Source: Saccostrea echinata (Eukaryota). Taken from it: 64,000 bases of DNA. The stretch lies in the NCBI RefSeq assembly GCF_033153115.1, contig NW_026889771.1, positions 4,464,001-4,528,000 of the forward strand, in the 5' to 3' direction. A model generated the notes under the pieces. It was not told the origin of the DNA. It did no database searches and saw only the letters and a program-made list of their open reading frames with translations. Positions 25,077-36,900 of the stretch are shown here, in pieces (the first letter of the stretch is position 1; each line of letters opens with the position of its first letter). Made by a program: the position numbers and the translations under genes.

Positions 25077-26356
25077 TTTCACTAGATCTTGTTCTCGTCC
25101 AAATGTGGTATAAATGTAATGCCCGATCTCAGAATGGCCGAGAAATCTCAACCCTTGAATATATATAAGATCCTCGTTTCCTTGGTGACATTGTCACTGT
25201 CCCCCCAATTATTATACCCCAGTATCCATGTCCCCAGATGTATTAAATGTGGCGGCTAAATTCGGTAAGACAGCTATTTAGCATTTTTGTGATACATAAG
25301 TCCTTTGTAATTAGCTTCTAATTTCTGCGAACTTTATTCTTAACTTCAATAAATCGCACTGTTTGTATTGAGTAACATTGATTTATATATGTAATTAGAT
25401 ACAGTTAAATTAGCTCTTTGGAAGAAAGTTTCAACGAATTTTGAAATGTAAAGGTTTTGTGTTAATTATAAATGAAAGTTCATATATACACATGTATGTA
25501 TATCTAACTTTGACCTCACTTGTATTAGTAAATGTAACCGATTGTGGGAAAAGCATAATTTTCATAAATAAATTATAAAGAAACAAAATATTTGAAAAAA
25601 ACATTTGGTGAAGAGATCCACAAAAATGTTCTATCTAATTTGATGAATTAAAATCCACAAGTCACAGGTCAATTTAAGAGAAAGTAATATTTTACACATT
25701 TTTCAAGGGGAGTTAACTCTTATAATTAACACTGAATATTAATTAAAGGATTCTGTCCGTACATTTCATTTAGTTCATGTTGATTGTTCTTATCATCTTT
25801 TGAACTCATTATATAAGCAATATTTAATTAAGCAATTACTTAACTGCTGAAACCAAAATTTTCCATTCCATCCCCCGAAATGTAATATACCCAAACATAT
25901 AAACATGCAAACTCGGAGAAAGGGCGAAAATGATGAACATTTTGTCCGAGACAGAAGGATGAGGCTGAAGAAATACATGCAGATTAACTTAAAAAAAGAT
26001 AAAATTTCAGGAAAAAATTGTTTTACATTTATTGAACAATATACAATAGGCATATAAACAGCATATGATATAAATAATCTCATAGAAAACAAATGTAATG
26101 AAATTACACCAAACATCTTTTGTCAAAATCAGTCATTTGAAGTGACTTAGAAAGACACTTATTTTTGTTGTTCTCTATCCTTCGACTAGAATTCACTGAA
26201 TTTTAACAGGTTCTCTTAATATGATTATCATTAATTTTATACACTTCATTCGCTGGTGTATTCTTTTAAGACATTTAAGGGAATCTATTTTTACTTCAGA
26301 TAACTCAAAAAAAAAATTGTCTAAGTAATAGATCAAAATTTTTTTTCTAAGAAAAT

Positions 26357-27097
26357 GATCCTATTCCTAGGGAACCCCTACAGAAAAGGCCTAAAAATTG
26401 AGATTGGCGAATGCAGAGGGTGTTTCATAATATATGTTACATGTTACATTTTTAAATCTAATTATTTTTCTTACCTATTATGTATCTATTACAAACTATA
26501 CACCATTTTAAACAACAAATCCTGCATTTTTGTTCCATGTGAAAAAGTCAAGGAAATCATGGTATTACAATGATTAATTGTGACATAAACACCGATGTCA
26601 TTATTTGAATATTTTCCAAAATGGACTAAACTTATCAACATATTGCTGAATTGTAAAGCTTTTTTTTCAATACGTGTCTCCAATATTCATTCATTCAGAT
26701 GGTGATAAAAGGAAATATTCCAAAAGAATAGAAGATTTGAGGATGCTTATCAGAAGGCTAGTAACAAGGTTAAAGGACAGGGACGGGCATTATGCGATAA
26801 ATGACACGGTACTCCAGAAAGCCTAAGGACTTTAAGAACCGAAGATTTAATTGGTGAAGTGGAGACTCTTAGATAGTTTAGCAAACTCCTGAGAAAAGTC
26901 TCAGATGGATGCTTTCAGAAAATTGATACTGGCAATATCAGCATTTCCAGCATATATTGAACTTTGAACTATGATATGAAGTTATCAGCGTAAAAAAATT
27001 TTCAATAATGCAATAAGCCAAGAAAAGAATTTGATCTCTGCATTCGCCAATCTCAATTTTTAGGCCTTTTCTGTAGGGGTTCCTTAGGAATAGGGTC
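26357..27097. mobile_element. Non-autonomous TIR element with ~60-bp inverted repeats
   Basis: CCTATTCCTAGGGAACCCCTACAGAAAAGGCCTAAAAATTGAGATTGGCGAATGCAGAG and its reverse complement at ~27036-27094; TSD not resolved. Confidence 0.75.
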
Positions 27098-27649
27098 TAC
27101 AATCTTAGACCGCGGATACTGAATGAGCTCAAAAGAAACATAAACCTTCAAATGAGGAGTGTATAAGCAGAAATGAGTGACAAGGTTATACAAATCTCGA
27201 GAAGCAACTTTCATTTGTAGTTGAAAAAGAGGAGATCATTAAGAACATTTAATGTGGGCTTTTGACGTTGTGAAATTCAACGTATTAAAAATGACCTAAT
27301 TTAGAAATTTCGCTGATTTTCATTAATGTTTAAGATTTGGTCTATTGTTTAATATTTTAGTTGGTAATTGTACATAATGAATCTTATGGATACATGCATC
27401 AAATTGATAAAATCACTTGTCTGTATCTTTTTCTTGTGTTTGTTAAATTGAAGATTCAAAATGTAACATATATTATGAATCGTAGATGTTCACACAGCCT
27501 TTTACTGGCACAGGGTACTGTAGACCCTTGAAGTCAAGACTGCAAACAACAAACAACAGCAAGCAATCCCTAAGCTTTTAGCGATAGACTTAGAAATCTT
27601 TATCTTAGATATTAGATATATTATCAAAATAATTATATATGATTTATAA

Positions 27650-27652
<3 letters not shown>

Positions 27653-27690
<38 letters not shown>
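27653..27690. repeat. (TC)19 microsatellite
   Basis: Directly visible. Confidence 0.95.
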
Positions 27691-27694
<4 letters not shown>

Positions 27695-28700
27695 GTCATA
27701 AGCGGTCTCGCACCTGATTTCTTAATTCTTGTCATTACTATTTAGAACCAATGTCATTGTGCTCGCTGGGTCTCCATATCCAAAAAGGGGCTTTGTAACA
27801 GTTTGATTAATGTTACGAGAATTTATATTTATTCTCTATAAATGGTGTAGAAAGTTAGAATTACAAGTTCTTATTTAAATGATGGATACCGCCTTAACTA
27901 AAGGCTATTTCAAACCCAGGGCTATTTATTAAAGCCAAACTTACCGCTAGATCTGCCGTTGGATGTATATAGTAGTATGTATTTGATCAGTTCCATCCAC
28001 TCCCTTGGACCACTTGAAATGGGGTGGCGGAATTCTGTAGCTGGCGAGGCAGGTGGCGTTGATTCTGATTCCGGGATATGGAGATCTTTTCCCAGTACAC
28101 GGAAACACATTGATCGGTAGAACTAGAGTAGAAATAAATGAATATCTAACAAAACAATCAAAGCACACAGTTAGTCCAGATGAAATTAATAGTATTTTAC
28201 CATCGTAAACATAACCAATACCAAACTGCTGATATGATTTACATAGCATGCGCTGTATAAAGTTTTATGAATCTGTAGTTTTCAAATGCATTTGAATCAT
28301 GTTAATCATTTCTGTTAATGGCGCCTACCAACAGAGGTGAAAGATTTCACGCTGCACTGAGCCAATGAAACACTAATAAAACCCTTCCTCTGCGGTAGCC
28401 ATATTAAGGAAAGTAGTTAGCTATGCCAGATCCGTATTTATTCTGGGTAAAATGTTGGTTCAAAAAGTTAAATAGTCGGAACCACTTCTAAAGTTTGGCT
28501 TTTGTAATTTATAATTTAATATTTGGTGATGAGTAACTAATTACTTTATTTTGCACTATGAGTACTTTCATGCCTTTGATTTTACTCTACTTTTTTTCAA
28601 GATAATTGTGATCCCACTTTGGTAGCGATACAGGCGAGCGTTTCGGACCCTCCATGCAATTGTTTGGTTTTTTAAACAATTGTCATGCGCTGACTCACTT
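27691..28700 (-). pseudogene. Decayed tandem paralog of the Ig gene (remnants of exons 2-5)
   Basis: Exon-2-like 28615-28700, exon-3-like ~28320-28505, exon-4-like 27945-28122 with frameshifts, exon-5-like 27691-27782 with an in-frame stop (YGDPASTMTLVLNSNDKN*EIRCETAYDG). Confidence 0.85.
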
Positions 28701-29441
28701 CAAATCTTTGTCGCTTTTTGTCCTTTTTTCGGGGGTGGGTGGGTGGGGTGATAAAAATATTTTGTATTGTACACGTTTTTAATCACACAAGTAGATATTT
28801 TGATATTAGTTTTATAAATTACATGCCTTGAATGTGAAATATATTAAAACTACACATGTACATGTATATTTTTAAATCAACAATACGTACTGATGATGTA
28901 AACTCGTAAACTAGTTAAAATCTATGTTATAAACAATGCCTCTATAATATTAGCTTCTAATTTCTGAGAGCGTACAGACCTTTGGATAAAATCTGTGTTG
29001 TTTACATTGAGTAACATAGGGTTTATGGTGTTTCCGCAGTTATTTGCATTTGTTATTATTAGCCATTCGGAAGACAATCTGTCTATCTATCGATATCATT
29101 TCATCAAATAAAATAGTCTATACCTGATTTAATATTTATAGATATCACTTTGTAAGTTGTTTGCTTTGTGGTTCTACGGTTTTGCATCATAGCATTATAT
29201 AGAGTTTTTGCTTTGACAACATACATGTAACAGTATTTGATGTTCCTTTATAATAATTATAATTATTGTAGAGTATAAGTGGTCCTCAAGTTTAAAATTA
29301 AGTTTTTTAGTTTTATAAGTTTTGAATTGGTTCTCTTTGAAGTCTTTTAAAAAATAAATATTTTACTTTACCTAATGTATTGTAAGATGTAAACAGGTAC
29401 AGTAAACCTATTTTACAGAGAAATCTCCTAAAATTTTAATG

Positions 29442-29620
29442 NNNNNNNNNNNNNNNNNNNNNNNNNNNNNNNNNNNNNNNNNNNNNNNNNNNNNNNNNNN
29501 NNNNNNNNNNNNNNNNNNNNNNNNNNNNNNNNNNNNNNNNNNNNNNNNNNNNNNNNNNNNNNNNNNNNNNNNNNNNNNNNNNNNNNNNNNNNNNNNNNNN
29601 NNNNNNNNNNNNNNNNNNNN
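29442..29620. other. Assembly gap (N run)
   Basis: Run of n. Confidence 1.
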
Positions 29621-30931
29621 AGTGCCACCATTGAAGGATTTCGACTTGAGTGTGGCATTTCCTTTTCGCACTAATCCCCACCCCCACCCCATCCCAATAT
29701 TTTCGTTGATCTAAGTTTGAATTCTTATCTACCTTGCCAAAAAAAAAAAAAGACCGACAACGATTAAATTTAGGCTCTCGGTCCTTGATTAATGAAAATG
29801 TCTTGGTCATCAGAATATGTATTCAATTTAATGTATACCCCCCTTCTGAAGACTCCCTGGCCTTTTCGACTCGCCTTTACATGTATTATTATTTTTTATG
29901 TGACACGTTCGTCTAATCCTTACTATACAATCAGTAAAAGATATCAAACATTTTATAAGAATTCCTACATGCAGTTCAAGCTGGATGGGATTTTTTAAAA
30001 ATATATAAATCGTTTGTTGAAGCAATTTTTTGGACTGATAGCATGGATTAGATTTTTTTTTTGCGTTTCAAATTTTGCCCCCACCCCCACTCCTTTTCGA
30101 AAACATGTCCATCGAACTACACCTAATCTCTAATGTTATAATTATGCTTTCTTTAAACTTCGCTTTCTTTTTTTATTTCCATAAGCAAAAGGATCCTCTC
30201 TCGATCTCTCTCTATAATCGAACAATGCCTGGCGTATCCGTCTGTCTGTCTGTTGTGTGTCATCACAACCTTATATACATGTATATAGCTTTCACTTTGT
30301 ATTAAGAACCATTGGGCCTCTTTGGGCGATGGGCATTCAAGTTTATGTTCATGTCCTTCACCAAGGGGAGATAATTTTTACAGTATTATGTGTCATTCAT
30401 GTTCTAAAGAATCATTTTTAAACAGTGATGAAACTTATAACTATATAAAATCATAAACAACGACAGGGCTACCTGCAGATGTCAATTTTTTATGTACATG
30501 TATAAGCATTTCAAGGTAGATCAAAATGAAAAAAAGGAAAATCCCTTGATAAACCCTAACACAGCAACAGAACTATGATTACTAAAAATAAATACATGTA
30601 TGTTAACGACGTCTCCATGTGATGCAGATTCAATTTTGTTTCAGGGATTTCTTTTGTAATGTTTTGTGTTGAAAATCGAGATCTCATTCCACAAGCTACA
30701 GAAATCTGGCTGAAGTCATCTTTATTTTCTGGTCATCAGTTAATGACGTGATTAAATCAGCGTAAACAAGAAGAAAAGAAACTAAATTTCTTGCTGAAGC
30801 GGCGCACATGCTAAGCGAATAACCAATGAACGAATTACTAAAGCAAGGGTCAAGAACATTAAAAAATGTTCTCTTGACTTTTCATTAGAATCCAGGGAAC
30901 CTTTTCGATGTTCCGCATGTGAGATGTAAAT

Positions 30932-33900
30932 ATGGCGGGCGATGAAAGAAAACCCATTCATATTTCTATAGAAAATTTTGATGATGGTGTCCCACAAATA
31001 TCTGGAGAACCTTTAACGACATATACTATCATTGAGACTGCTGGTCAATCAACTGACAACAATGAATTCAATATAAGTGCAGACATCTTTCAGGCAGAGG
31101 TATTTTCTGATCATACATGAAGCTCTGAAATAAGCAATGTAAAATATTTTGATTAAGCCATTGAACTGAATACTCTTCTTCTACAAAATAGATAAGAGGT
31201 CAGGCCTGAGTTTTACTGACATACCTTAAGATAAAATTTTGTTGTAACCAATTGTTTGTCTTGCTAAACTTTGTATTTTAACAGGTCCAGTCCAAAGACT
31301 ATTTCTACCTACGTAGCTATTAATAGCTACGTAGGTATTTAAACCTACCCAAAGTAGCTAATTTTACCTACTGTTTGCATTACTTGCATTTTGTGGCGGA
31401 ACAGCGCAACATGGTGAGTACCAAATTTCTTGATACAGTCACACTGATGATGAATACAACAAAATTTTGGCCAAAAGATGATTACTTCTTAAATTAACAA
31501 TTTTGCATAGTATTGAATGCAAAATTGTTAATTTACGAAGTAATCATTTTTTGGCCAAAATGTTGTTGTATTCATCATCAGTGTGACCACATCAAGAAAT
31601 TTGGTACTCACCATGTTGCGCCGTTCGGCCGTTTGGCCACAAAATGCAAGTAATGCAAAAAGTAGGTAAAAATAGCTACTTTGGGTAGGTTTAAATACCT
31701 ACGTAGCTATTAATAGCTACGTAGGTAGAAATAGTCTTTGGACTAGACCTGTTTAAGTTACATCTAATATAGATAACTTTTTAACCTCTAATATAGGGGC
31801 ATCAAAAAACTAAGTGTATATATCCAAATGGAGAGAACACAGCAATTTGGATTCTATATGAACTCCAATTTTAAAGAATCAAAGAGCCCTGATATAACAG
31901 TATATCATTATAATTTTATTAGTATTCATACATATCATCATTTGACCATTCCAGAATGTACAGTTTTTAGAGGTACCAGCTGATCAATTAGCCAACTTAG
32001 GGCTGCTGGCAACGATATCATCTGACCAGCCTAGAGATGAAGCTGGTCAGTTTATAGAAATGACAACAGTTGATGAACTGCAGAACCTCAGTGTAGTGAC
32101 AGAACCAGGACCCTCCAGTTATCAGTTTGTGCAGGCCAATGATGGCCAAGAAACCAATTTCAGTATGCCAGGAATAGAACCAACATTACAATACCTGACA
32201 GGTTACCATGGTTACAGTTACTCAATGAACAGAAAATGATTTTATTCCGCCAAATTACATAGAGCTTTTCTAGAAACTCAAAAATATTGTAAAAATGAGT
32301 TAACATATTTACTTAAGTAAGATTTATTAATTAGAAAAAAACAAACAAATAATAATTATGGTGTAAGTATTTGAAATTATGCCGATTAATTTTTTGTACA
32401 TAAACTGATATTTTGTTACATTTTATTTGATTTACAAGGGTTTTTATATACTGAACAAATTTTGTTGGTTGTTTCAGGAAAGATCAGTTTTGCTGAGTTC
32501 AGTGAACTGATGGAATCTGGTGATCAAGATGTTCCTGTTGACCTAGATAATGTCATACAGACAATCCATGTGACAGATGTTGTCATGCCAAAACAGGAAA
32601 CACAGGAGGAAAAACCAGTAGAGAGCACCAGTCAATCAGAGGACACTGATGAAAAGTCTCCAAAAAAGAAAACTCGTGTGTATACTTATTTTACTATTTA
32701 CCTATCTAGTGTGGAGATTTAAGGAAGGGGGGGGGGGTCCATTTATCTGTCTTCCAGTGACTTTGTTTCTGTGAAGTTGTTTACCTTTAAGGTGATGGGG
32801 AGGAGGAACATTTCTTTATAACTCACCTCAGGATCACATGTACTTTATAATTAAAGTAGCTTATTGCATATTCTTAGGAAGAAATTTATTGTATCTTATC
32901 AGCTTCTGTGAGTGTAACCACTGTCAAGATTGAGTCTGTTGAAGACATACAGTCAAACCTCACTATCTCGAACTCGATAGAACCGAGCAAAAACTTTGAG
33001 ATATCCGAAGATTTGTGATATTGAGGGTAAAATATATTAAGACTTCCAAATCATTTTGACATATCCATGGTATTCGAGATATCAGTGTTCAAGATACTGA
33101 AGTTCAACTGTATATTGCTGCAGCAATAACCTTACATTGCTTGTAAAATTCAAAAAGTTCATGTTTTACTGATCATGTCTTAATTTTGATACATGTATTG
33201 ATGATGTGGTGTGTCTACAACTCATTAAGGTATTATAAATGAAATATTGAAAAGCTCTATCAAAGAAAAATTGCTTTAGTTCTACATAATTTTTTAATCA
33301 AATTTTGTTATACTTACTAAAAGAGATTTTTGTCTTTTTATTGCAGGTAAAAAGAAAAAGGTAAGATTTTAACAACCATATTGACTTAAAGACGTACAAC
33401 ACACTGGGGGAGATAACTCTTGCGATTTCAATAAAATGTTTAACATAACGTTAAATTTGACGTTAATTACGAAGCGTCAAAATGACGAGCGATACGATCC
33501 TGATGTAATTAATGTAAAAAAAAAAAATAGAATAGATTTTTTTTATTGTGGTTTCTTTAGGAATACCAAATCCTATCCTTGATCATTTGCGCAATTGCAA
33601 TAAATCCCCCCCCCCCTCCATTAAAAAAGAAAAAAAGGACAGGTTCCCTAAACTTCTTTAATTTAAATTTAGTTAATTAATTCTTTAATATTGTATTTAT
33701 GATATACACTAAGGCATTTTTTTAATCTAAAAATGTTAATGGTACTCTACATTGCTTTTTCCCGTTACAATCGGCCGCATAACATTGAGAATAAATATTA
33801 CCGGTATGTTTAAATATTATCATATTACGAAAATAAACATTTTCTTTCTTTTCTTTTCTTTGAAAAAAAAAATGAAAAAGAGTAACCGTTTTCAGAAGGT

Positions 33901-36900
33901 CAGTCAAAGAGAAACAACTCTAAAAATGTCTTTCCTCCCCTTAGCTGAGTTATTCCTCCTGTTTTCCGAAGAATTATGAGTTTTTTCCCTCACAAATACA
34001 CAGATATATTAAAGATTTTACAGTGTGTTGCAAGGAACACAAGAACTAAAAGCCAAAGTTTATACAAATTAAAGTAAGTATCAACAGTTTAAAATTATTT
34101 ACTGAAATTAATACAACGGTTGCATCCCACTGAGAAAATCTTTTACTGTAAACAGTATCAGTTCGCATTTCCTCGAATAAAAACAAAACGATTGATACCA
34201 ATGTAGATGATACCATTGTAGATGATTAACATGAAAAATTTTAATACTGATAAATAATTTACAATTTGGTACGATTGAAGTTAACATGGACAAATACATC
34301 ATTTCCATTCCATTCATTGAAACAACAGGAGGATACAATATCCGAGGGGGGTGGGGGCACCCCTCTCGTTTGAAAACAGAAATAATTTAAAACCTAAATG
34401 TACATATATTCCATTTTCATCACAAGAGAGTTGTACATACACCACTGTTGGTTCACTTAAAAAATAATATTCAATGCAAGTAGGTCATATAAAGGTTTGA
34501 AACTGCACCTGTGTGCATGAACTCCAAACCGGACACGTGGTCATAAAATCCTTAGAAAAATGGTTTTACTAAATATAAATACAAAAAAAAAAAAATAGTA
34601 CTTAGAATAAAAAAATATTAGTATATAGTCAATATCTAATCTGTATACACGAATAAAGGACATTACTTTAGGAGTTCAATATGCCAATTATATTTATCAT
34701 GCAGACGTAACCGATGTTTTTTTTTTTCCAAGATACTGCATTGCAGAGAAGAATGGAGGGGGGGGGGGGGGTTTTAAAATTGAAGAAATTGCTTATTCAT
34801 CTTCATTTAAATGCAGATGTAAAGTTTTATATTTGTGATAAATATAATGTACATTACATTTTTTAAGTAAAATATTCTTTCCAGCTATAGGAATTTTTAT
34901 TTGTATTTGTAGAATCATAGCATTGTTTTCGTCCCAAGTCTGAAAGACGCTGTGAGAAATGTAACTTACGGAGAGAGGGGGGGTAGATTTTCCGCTATAA
35001 ATTCAAAACGCGTTGTTTAAAAAATTTTCAAAAAATTATCAAGAACATTTTGATCATCAGTTACAAGAAGTAATAATTTTTTTCAAAATTAAACGACAGA
35101 TTTTTTCATAAAAAAATATTTCATTTGAAAATCACGCATTTTTCAATGCAAAAATGAACCATAGTTTTTCAGTTTAAATTCTTCAAAATCGTTTTTCTCG
35201 AAGTGTACCTTTACAAATTCACTTTGTTTGTGTGTTTAATAGTTAAACGAACGATTCAGCAAATTTTGACAGCTAGGCTAACCTCAAATATTTTAAAATA
35301 AGGGATTTTATAGTTAGTTTGTTGAATTTTTTTTGTACTCGTGATCAGCCAAAGGGGGGTAACTTTAGGAACTTCCTGTTCAAATTCGGCTTGAACGATT
35401 TTGACCAAAATGTACATACACATAGCAGATATTGTCATGTATAAGATATACAAAAATAGCGAAAATTAAACGACAGGAAATTTTTGGGGTAGGTGTGTTG
35501 TACATCCTTAAGACATCTCGAAATGAAAATTTCCCATTCAAGTTAATTAATAGGCCCGCCTTTGATATATTTTGTTTATTCTAGAAATATAGTGATTTAC
35601 CAGCACATCTGGAAGGGCTCATGGGAGAAGCTAACCTGACCTACGCAAAAGGAGATCACGAGAAAGCCATTTCAATTTGTCTGGACATCATAAGGATGGG
35701 TACTATCTTTGTTCAGCGTACAATGTATTTGAAACCTAACAAATGTATTTTATTTCCTGAAAAATTTGTTAACAATTTTGAAACACTGTACATGTAATGT
35801 TAACTCCCTCCCCCCAAATTTGGAGAATATAATATGTTTCTATAAAGCTCAATCTTAGCAGCTTTTAACTAGAAGTTTGTTATAAATTGGCAGGACTTCA
35901 AGTCATTTAAAAACCCTGAAAGTGAAAAATGCTTTCATGTTTATATAATACTAAAAATTCAAGATTCCTTAAGATTACATGTTACTTCTTTAAAGTTATC
36001 AGGGTTATTTAGAACAGTTCATTGTCAAAAAAGATGAAGCAAAGTTAGGCAGTTTTATAAAATTTATGTTTTACAACACAAGAATTTACCAAAGGGAGCA
36101 TTCAGAATTTTAAGTTTAATAAAGATTTGATATTTTAACCCTCAGTCCAGAGGCAGGCCTGCCTTTTCAGACACTAGACATGATTTATGAAGATTTAATA
36201 CAGATCTGTTATTTACATGTAACTCTAGCTCCAGAGGCACACCTGCCTTTTCAGACACTAGGCATGATTTACGAAGATCAAGGGGATCTCAAGAAATCTC
36301 TGCAGGTTTTCAGTTATTTTTTTTTTTAACTTTATCAACTACAATTTTGAAGGGAGAAAAAGTTAATTTTCTATGAAGGTTAAAAATACAGATTTACTTT
36401 AACTAACATTTATGTAAATGTTGGTGGTTTCACTTTCAGTATAGTTTAATAGCAGCGTACTTGAACCCAGTGGACCGTGACAGCTGGATAAGGTTGGCTG
36501 AGTTGAGTTTGGAACTGGAGGATAAATCGCAGGCTGTCATTTGTTATAGTAAAGGTACTGCGACTTTGTAAAAATATCAGCTTATTTTGAGAGCTCTTAT
36601 TTAAATAATATTAAATTTCAGAGGAAAGTTCCAACAAATTTGTACAGTATTATACTGGAATCACCCCATCTGTCTGTTTGCTGATCAATCTGAATACAAA
36701 GGTTGTTTGTGACGAAAGAGTGTGTAACAACCCTATACCATGGTCATTTGGACAATGTCAAGGTCACAAGGTTTGAAATATGAAATTGTTATCCATTACA
36801 TACTTTTATTATGAAATAATTTCCAAAGATCATATTGCCCTAAGGGTTGATAATGACCATAGGATATGACATGACCCTGATCAAAGGTCATTATGACAAG

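Noticed and set aside
29408-29810. ORFs spanning the N gap
   Set aside because: Artefacts of translating N runs.
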